DNA of 64,000 nucleotides from Candidatus Bathyarchaeota archaeon (GTDB lineage Archaea > Thermoproteota > Bathyarchaeia > Bathyarchaeales > Bathycorpusculaceae). Under the pieces are notes generated by a model. It saw only the letters and a list, made by a program, of their open reading frames with translations. It did not search any database and was not told the DNA's origin. Positions 59,126 through 64,000 of this stretch are shown here, piece after piece. Location of the stretch: the NCBI GenBank assembly GCA_963828195.1, contig CAWHDT010000008.1, positions 1-64,000 of the forward strand, given 5' to 3'. The first letter of the stretch is position 1, and each line of letters begins with the position of its first letter. Position numbers and translations under genes: made by a program.

Positions 59126-61225
59126 TTAGGTTAGGTTGATTTCGCCTATTTGTGTCATGGTTGTTAGGTCGATCAGTTGTATTTCTGAGTTTGATATTGC
59201 GTAGAGTGTGTTGCCGATGTAGAGTGAGCGTGTTATCTCGTTGTTTTGTGTGTTGACGTAGCTTGTGCTTTCGTTGACGAATCCGTTGCTGTCCAGAATT
59301 GACGAGGGAAGTTGAGTTACGTTGCCTTGAAGTATAAACCCAGTGTTCAAGTTTAGGTTGAAGATGTAGGCTCCTTGCCAATATTCAGAGTAGGAGTTGA
59401 CAATCAGGTTTGGAACTGGAGTCATCACCTGGGGCGCTGCAGGGGGCAAAATCTCGCTGGTGCTGTTGTTGCTGCCTGTCGAGTTTACGTCGCCGATTGT
59501 CGTGTAATAGTAGTTGTTTATCGAAACTGGAATCACCAGCAGCTGGTTTTGGAGGCTAAAGAGGAAAGCGTGGGGATCGTTAAGCGCAGTCGAAGATGAG
59601 TAGTTCCCTACAACATTGTAGCTTGCTATCAGCGTTGGGTTATTCAGGTCTGAAACGTCGAAGAGCGCGAGTTTGAGGGTGTCGTTGACTTCGCCTATGC
59701 CGATAACGTGGGTTGCATCGTAGGGCTGCAGGTAGCTTGAGTAGCCTGGAAGAGAAAGTTCCCCTGCAACTGTGGGGGCAGTGGGGTTGCTTAAGTCAAT
59801 TACGAAGAACGGGTCAGTTTGATTCGATGTGACCAAGTAGCATGTGTTGTTGATGAATCGGGTTGCGTAGAGATTTTCGTTGGGCGCTAAACCCTCCAGT
59901 TCGCCGACGATTGTCAGGTTGGAGTCTAACACGTAAATGTTGTTTGATTCTGTGTTGCCTTGCCACAGGTTGGTTGCTACTCTGAAGTAGCCGTTGTACT
60001 CGTCCATGGAGTACTGGTTAACTGTGTAGCCTGGCACGTTACCTGCAGCTTCAAAAGTCAATTGGGCTCCACTGATGCCGAAGCTGTAAATCGAAGTGTA
60101 CTCGCCGTTGTCAGTGTATGTTGGGTAGGTTACGTACATGTTGTTTTGGGAAACGTACATTGTGCTGGCGCCCCCCATCATAACAGTCATGTTAGTTGGC
60201 TGCTGCGTATCGTCTGCGATGTTGATGCCGTAGAAGCTGGTGAAGGTGTAGTAGCTGGGCTGCACCATGTCAGTATAGTAAATAGCTGTTGCCGGAACGG
60301 CAGATTCACTGGCGCCATTGTAGATCTCTGGAAGAGGCACCGTGTTGTTGTAATTTGTAGCTGGCTGGCTGACAACAGCGTAGACGTAGTTCCCAATCAT
60401 TCGGGAGTCAAAGTAGCTGCCGCTGACTGTAAAATTCTGTGTTAAAACAGGATTAGCTTTGTCTGAAATGTCATAGACGTAAATGAAAGTGTAAACGTTG
60501 GCTTGATAAGCTGGAATCATCGGCATTGAAACGGCACCTGAAGCTGCCCCGCCCGAAGCGCTCGCCGCACCCGGCACAGCGATTAGCTCGTTATAAGGAA
60601 GAATTTGGTAATTGCTCCCTACAACCACAAGTTGGTTGCTGTCTGAGCTTAGGAACAACCCTGCTGGTTCAGTGTCGTTGCCCAGAGGAATTGTAGATAC
60701 AATCTGGGGGTTTTGCGGGTCAGCGCTTATGATGTAAACGGCGTTGCTTGTTTCCGAGTTGAAGCTTTCGAAATAGAACCCTGAGTTTTGAGTTGTGGTT
60801 ACAGTGTAAATGTATTGGCCGTCGGTTTTCACCGTGTCTGCTTCGTCAACTCCAGTAACCTGAACGTTTGTGGTTGAATAACTTTCAGTTGATTGACTGG
60901 AACTAGGGCTCAGCGCATTTGCGAAATTGCCTGTTGACGGGGAAGCCAGGGCTGGCTCGGGCACTGGAGGCTCTGAGCCGAAATACTGGGAGTCTAAAGG
61001 TCCCCCGCTAAAAGAGCTGGTTTGTTGCGACGTGTTGTTTATGTAGTTTGCGAGGTCCTGCATGGAAGAGAACGTTTTCAGTCCTGACACAGACGGAATT
61101 TGATTTTGCGGAAATAGCGACGGGGCTGACCCCAACGCGTAAATCATGCTTACTAAGATTATAGCTGAGAGCACTGCGACGGCTCCGTAAATTTTGGTTT
61201 TTCTCTTAACTTCTTTCTGTACCAT
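59126..61225 (-). CDS. Secreted beta-propeller domain protein (Beta_propel family)
   Basis: YSTTNVQVTGVDEADTVKTDG, NQYSMDEYNGYFRVAT, LYATRF, DPFFVIDLS, PGYSSYLQPYD. Confidence 0.9.
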   Translation of the reverse strand: MVQKEVKRKTKIYGAVAVLSAIILVSMIYALGSAPSLFPQNQIPSVSGLKTFSSMQDLANYINNTSQQTSSFSGGPLDSQYFGSEPPVPEPALASPSTGNFANALSPSSSQSTESYSTTNVQVTGVDEADTVKTDGQYIYTVTTTQNSGFYFESFNSETSNAVYIISADPQNPQIVSTIPLGNDTEPAGLFLSSDSNQLVVVGSNYQILPYNELIAVPGAASASGGAASGAVSMPMIPAYQANVYTFIYVYDISDKANPVLTQNFTVSGSYFDSRMIGNYVYAVVSQPATNYNNTVPLPEIYNGASESAVPATAIYYTDMVQPSYYTFTSFYGINIADDTQQPTNMTVMMGGASTMYVSQNNMYVTYPTYTDNGEYTSIYSFGISGAQLTFEAAGNVPGYTVNQYSMDEYNGYFRVATNLWQGNTESNNIYVLDSNLTIVGELEGLAPNENLYATRFINNTCYLVTSNQTDPFFVIDLSNPTAPTVAGELSLPGYSSYLQPYDATHVIGIGEVNDTLKLALFDVSDLNNPTLIASYNVVGNYSSSTALNDPHAFLFSLQNQLLVIPVSINNYYYTTIGDVNSTGSNNSTSEILPPAAPQVMTPVPNLIVNSYSEYWQGAYIFNLNLNTGFILQGNVTQLPSSILDSNGFVNESTSYVNTQNNEITRSLYIGNTLYAISNSEIQLIDLTTMTQIGEINLT

Positions 61226-61280
61226 ACTTTTTTTCTCCTTGATAGGGTAAGTAAGATTTTTTATTTTATGCTACGTACGC

Positions 61281-61296
61281 GAACAGGTTGTTCTAA
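61281..61296. promoter_or_regulatory. Operator copy upstream of the beta-propeller gene
   Basis: GAACA-GGT-TGTTCTAA matches the palindrome at 61799-61817. Confidence 0.55.
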
Positions 61297-61299
61297 CAT

Positions 61300-61746
61300 T
61301 TAGAATGGCCTCATCGCCCATACCCGATAAGCTTCATACCAGAATATTGCGCAGACGATTGCTCCAAACGAAAGAATAAACAGGTTGTCTCGGGTGAAAC
61401 CGCTAAACAAAACCGCCAAATACGCGATGTAGAAAACTGTGGAGAATAATGCATAAAAGAAGTATCTTGGAAAAAGCAGCTTGCCAAGCTTCACAAAGTG
61501 GCGAAGCACACCAATCTTCACTTCGCTAACCAGCGAGTAATGTCCCCCAATCTCCTGCTTCTGCACCAAACCCAACGCGCAAAGCTGTTCAAGATGGTGA
61601 AAAGCGATGCTTGGGCTGCTGAAATGCAGGGCACGTTGAACTTCGCGTACTCCGACGGGGCTGCCTGTTTTGAGAAGGAACCAGTAAACTTTCCATGCCT
61701 TACCGCGTAGTGCGTACTCGAGCTCTGTTTCTTCCTTCCCATTCAA
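61300..61746 (-). CDS. Membrane-anchored winged-helix regulator (wHTH plus 2 TM)
   Basis: VYWFLLK..PVGVREVQRALHFSSPSIAFHHLEQL..LGLV.K, followed by two TM helices. Confidence 0.8.
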   Translation of the reverse strand: MNGKEETELEYALRGKAWKVYWFLLKTGSPVGVREVQRALHFSSPSIAFHHLEQLCALGLVQKQEIGGHYSLVSEVKIGVLRHFVKLGKLLFPRYFFYALFSTVFYIAYLAVLFSGFTRDNLFILSFGAIVCAIFWYEAYRVWAMRPF

Positions 61747-61798
61747 CCAGCGGAACCCTCAGGGAACATACCTGGCTTGGAGCATATAAGTCCAATTG

Positions 61799-61817
61799 TT
61801 AGAACAGCATGTTCTAA
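61799..61817. promoter_or_regulatory. Palindromic operator upstream of the wHTH-TM gene
   Basis: TTAGAACA-GCA-TGTTCTAA, just upstream of the minus-strand TATA-like CTTATATG (61783-61790). Confidence 0.65.
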
Positions 61818-62251
61818 GCAGCATCATTAGGTTGCAGTTTGAAACGAATCGAATAAAGGTGGCTCACACGTTTGTTTCTAAATTATTGATTTTAGCTTCC
61901 CTAGATTTTTACGTATTAATTAGGGTTTATTTGGCGGAGCCCTACAAATTCGTGAGTTAATTATTTAGGCAGCGCTGTTTAGTTAACCGCTGGTGCTGAC
62001 TTTTGTTTTTAATGTCCTGAATGGGTGAATAGAATGCGCATTCCACATTTTGGGCATTCGTGATAAATTATTTGTTTTTGACTGTTACATTTAGGTTTCA
62101 TTTCAATGTAGCATGAAGGGCAAAGAGGGGCTTTACTCATGGCTTAGTCATCAATTCTTACAATGGTTTTGCCGATATAACTTTTACTGGAAGTCGGGCA
62201 GAGATATGTTGAGAAAAAATAGAGGGATAAAGAGAAGAACCGTTTAGTGCC

Positions 62252-62905
62252 TTAAGTTGTTGATTTGTTGTTTGCTTTGCCGTTTGGCATTCCAGGTGGC
62301 AGATCTGGGAAGTTTGAGCTGACTCTTTGTTCCGCGACGATTGCTGCTTCATCCAGGATTTTTGCTGCATCCTCGTTTACAGAGTTGAAGTTCAGTGACA
62401 TTCCGCTGCTTGTTCCAGCTTCAAACATTAAACCGCTCAGCATGTTGCCGATGTCGCCTAGTTCATTTTCTGCTTCGGGTAAAACACCGCATAATCCACC
62501 GCTGACGCTGCGGAGTACTCCAACGCATGGTCCTAATGCGGCAACGACATCTCCTAGCTCTGATACTGTCTTTATGCGTAGTGATACTTGGTCAAGTGCA
62601 AGTCTTGCGTTCATGACAAGCTTTGACATTTTGCGGATTTCAGCCAGTTCGTTAGCGTAAATGTTAGCGTGCGCCGTGTCATGTTGGGTGTATGCGTTAA
62701 CGAGTTTAGCGAATAGGCTCTTGTCTTTCTCGGTGAAACGTTCATTAGCTTGGTCGAGTTTGGCGATTTGCAAGTCAAGTTTTCTAACGGCTAAATCTAA
62801 AGCTGTCTTCAGCGGAACAGGTGGCGTAATTGTATTGCGTATTGTGCTGCCCATTGATTCTTCTTCTCTTTTCGGTTCCCATTTTTTAGCGAAATTCTCA
62901 GACAT
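62252..62905 (-). CDS. ESCRT-III / Snf7 protein, CdvB1/B2-like (no C-terminal wHTH)
   Basis: ANIYANELAEIRK, LALDQVSLRIKTVSELGD, EDAAKILDEA and a C-terminal MIM2-like FPDLP. Confidence 0.88.
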   Translation of the reverse strand: MSENFAKKWEPKREEESMGSTIRNTITPPVPLKTALDLAVRKLDLQIAKLDQANERFTEKDKSLFAKLVNAYTQHDTAHANIYANELAEIRKMSKLVMNARLALDQVSLRIKTVSELGDVVAALGPCVGVLRSVSGGLCGVLPEAENELGDIGNMLSGLMFEAGTSSGMSLNFNSVNEDAAKILDEAAIVAEQRVSSNFPDLPPGMPNGKANNKSTT

Positions 62906-62997
62906 GTTAACATCCTCTTTAAATGATGATGCAACATCTTAGAGATTTAATTGTTGCTAACATGCACGTATATATGTGCAAAACAACACTGCGTTTT

Positions 62998-63858
62998 TCA
63001 CTTGAAAGTGCCAAAAATGTACGCAAGCAACCCAAAAATGAACCATAAAAGAACCAGGTTTTTTATGCGCCTAGAGTTTTCACGCGAATGATCCTTAAGC
63101 AAAAGCGCTGAAGAAGCAACCAGCCCGCAGTCAGTAACCAGAACAAACGGCACAAACCAAATCGAAACCAAACCTAAAAACCAAGTAACAGGCGTCAAAG
63201 CAACTGCAGAGATATAGAAAACGGTGGCTGAAATAGCAGCTTTCTTTTCTCCATAACGCACAGCTAAGGTTTTCACGCCTTCTGCGCTGTCGCCTTTGAC
63301 ATCAACTATGCCCTTAGTGATTTCGCGCCCTGTGTTTGAAAGAAAAGCCATAGATGCAAATAAAACCACGTTGAACTTTACAACGCCAAAGGCTACTATG
63401 CTGCCGTAAAGAAATGGAATAGCCACACAGACGCTGACTAAAAAGTTCCCAGGCAACCCACTTCGCTTGCCCACTGTAAGGTACGTTGCAGTTATAACCA
63501 AAGAAGCCGCCGCCACAACAAAACATAGGACACTTACCTCTAAAGCGAAAAAGAAGCCTACAGCGCAAAGCCCAACAACGAAAGCCAAAGCTTCGCGAGT
63601 TTTCACTGCGCCGCTTGGAATGGGGCGGGCTGGTTCGTTGATGGCGTCGATGTCGCGGTCATAATAGTCGTTGATAACCATTGCTGCAGCGCAAAAAGTG
63701 AAGCCTGTTAAGAAACCAAAGGTGACGCTTAGCCAGTTTAGTCCTCCAAATTGGGAACTGGCAAGAACTGCACCTACAAACACGGCGAAACCCATCATGA
63801 TGCAGTTTACCGGTCGCATTAACCGTATGAAGCCGCCAAGTTTGTTCATGCTGCTCAA
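62998..63858 (-). CDS. Digeranylgeranylglyceryl-phosphate synthase (UbiA family)
   Basis: LMRPVNC, INDYYDRDIDAINEPARPIPSG, GREITKGIVDVKGD..GVKTLA. Confidence 0.88.
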   Translation of the reverse strand: MSSMNKLGGFIRLMRPVNCIMMGFAVFVGAVLASSQFGGLNWLSVTFGFLTGFTFCAAAMVINDYYDRDIDAINEPARPIPSGAVKTREALAFVVGLCAVGFFFALEVSVLCFVVAAASLVITATYLTVGKRSGLPGNFLVSVCVAIPFLYGSIVAFGVVKFNVVLFASMAFLSNTGREITKGIVDVKGDSAEGVKTLAVRYGEKKAAISATVFYISAVALTPVTWFLGLVSIWFVPFVLVTDCGLVASSALLLKDHSRENSRRIKNLVLLWFIFGLLAYIFGTFK

Positions 63859-64000
63859 ACCATTTAACTGCTAAGTCTCTCCTCGACAAGCGTATAAAAG
63901 CTTATACATATTCTTCTGCATTTACACTCTATCACTTGCAACGCCAACTGAGAACATTTGAACTCTCTGGCTTCTTGTAGAAATGCATTATAATCTCGTT

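Overview
Archaeal chromosomal window, most likely Candidatus Bathyarchaeia. This is inferred from a DGGGP synthase, a CdvB/ESCRT-III paralogue, DUF5752, DUF1616/DUF2206-like proteins, TATA-type promoters and AGGTG/GAGG ribosome-binding sites. The first ~21 kb are mixed housekeeping and accessory genes: amidohydrolase, a stand-alone nurA-herA pair with a divergent winged-helix gene, DinB, an atypical receiver, fasciclin, an unannotated desulforedoxin-like peptide, HIT, DUF59, two ABC exporters, PEBP, a 1440-aa Cas4-like/TM0106-Dna2-type nuclease-helicase and PadR. From ~22.2 to 58.5 kb lies a large surface-polysaccharide locus whose glycosyltransferase core is visibly more AT-rich than the flanks. 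It holds eight glycosyltransferases, a deacetylase, two O-acyltransferases (one frameshifted), a FemAB-like GNAT, two BcsL/CelD-like GNATs, a CapK/PaaK-like ligase, a Wzx flippase and GalU. The best candidate for an undescribed system is in this locus: three paralogous secreted TasA/camelysin-like proteins and a 738-aa beta-helix protein share the same signal-peptide cleavage motif and the same first mature beta-strand. This suggests a donor-strand-polymerised fibre carrying a glycan-binding or glycan-cleaving subunit, co-encoded with EPS synthesis, i.e. an archaeal biofilm-matrix locus. The locus also contains a terminase remnant, a giant Ig-repeat surface protein, several pseudogenes and a 10-bp-period tandem array. 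The window ends with a beta-propeller gene and a membrane-anchored wHTH regulator that share an operator, then ESCRT-III and DGGGP synthase. No rRNA, tRNA or CRISPR array was recognised. All family calls come from motif recognition by eye, without database searches.
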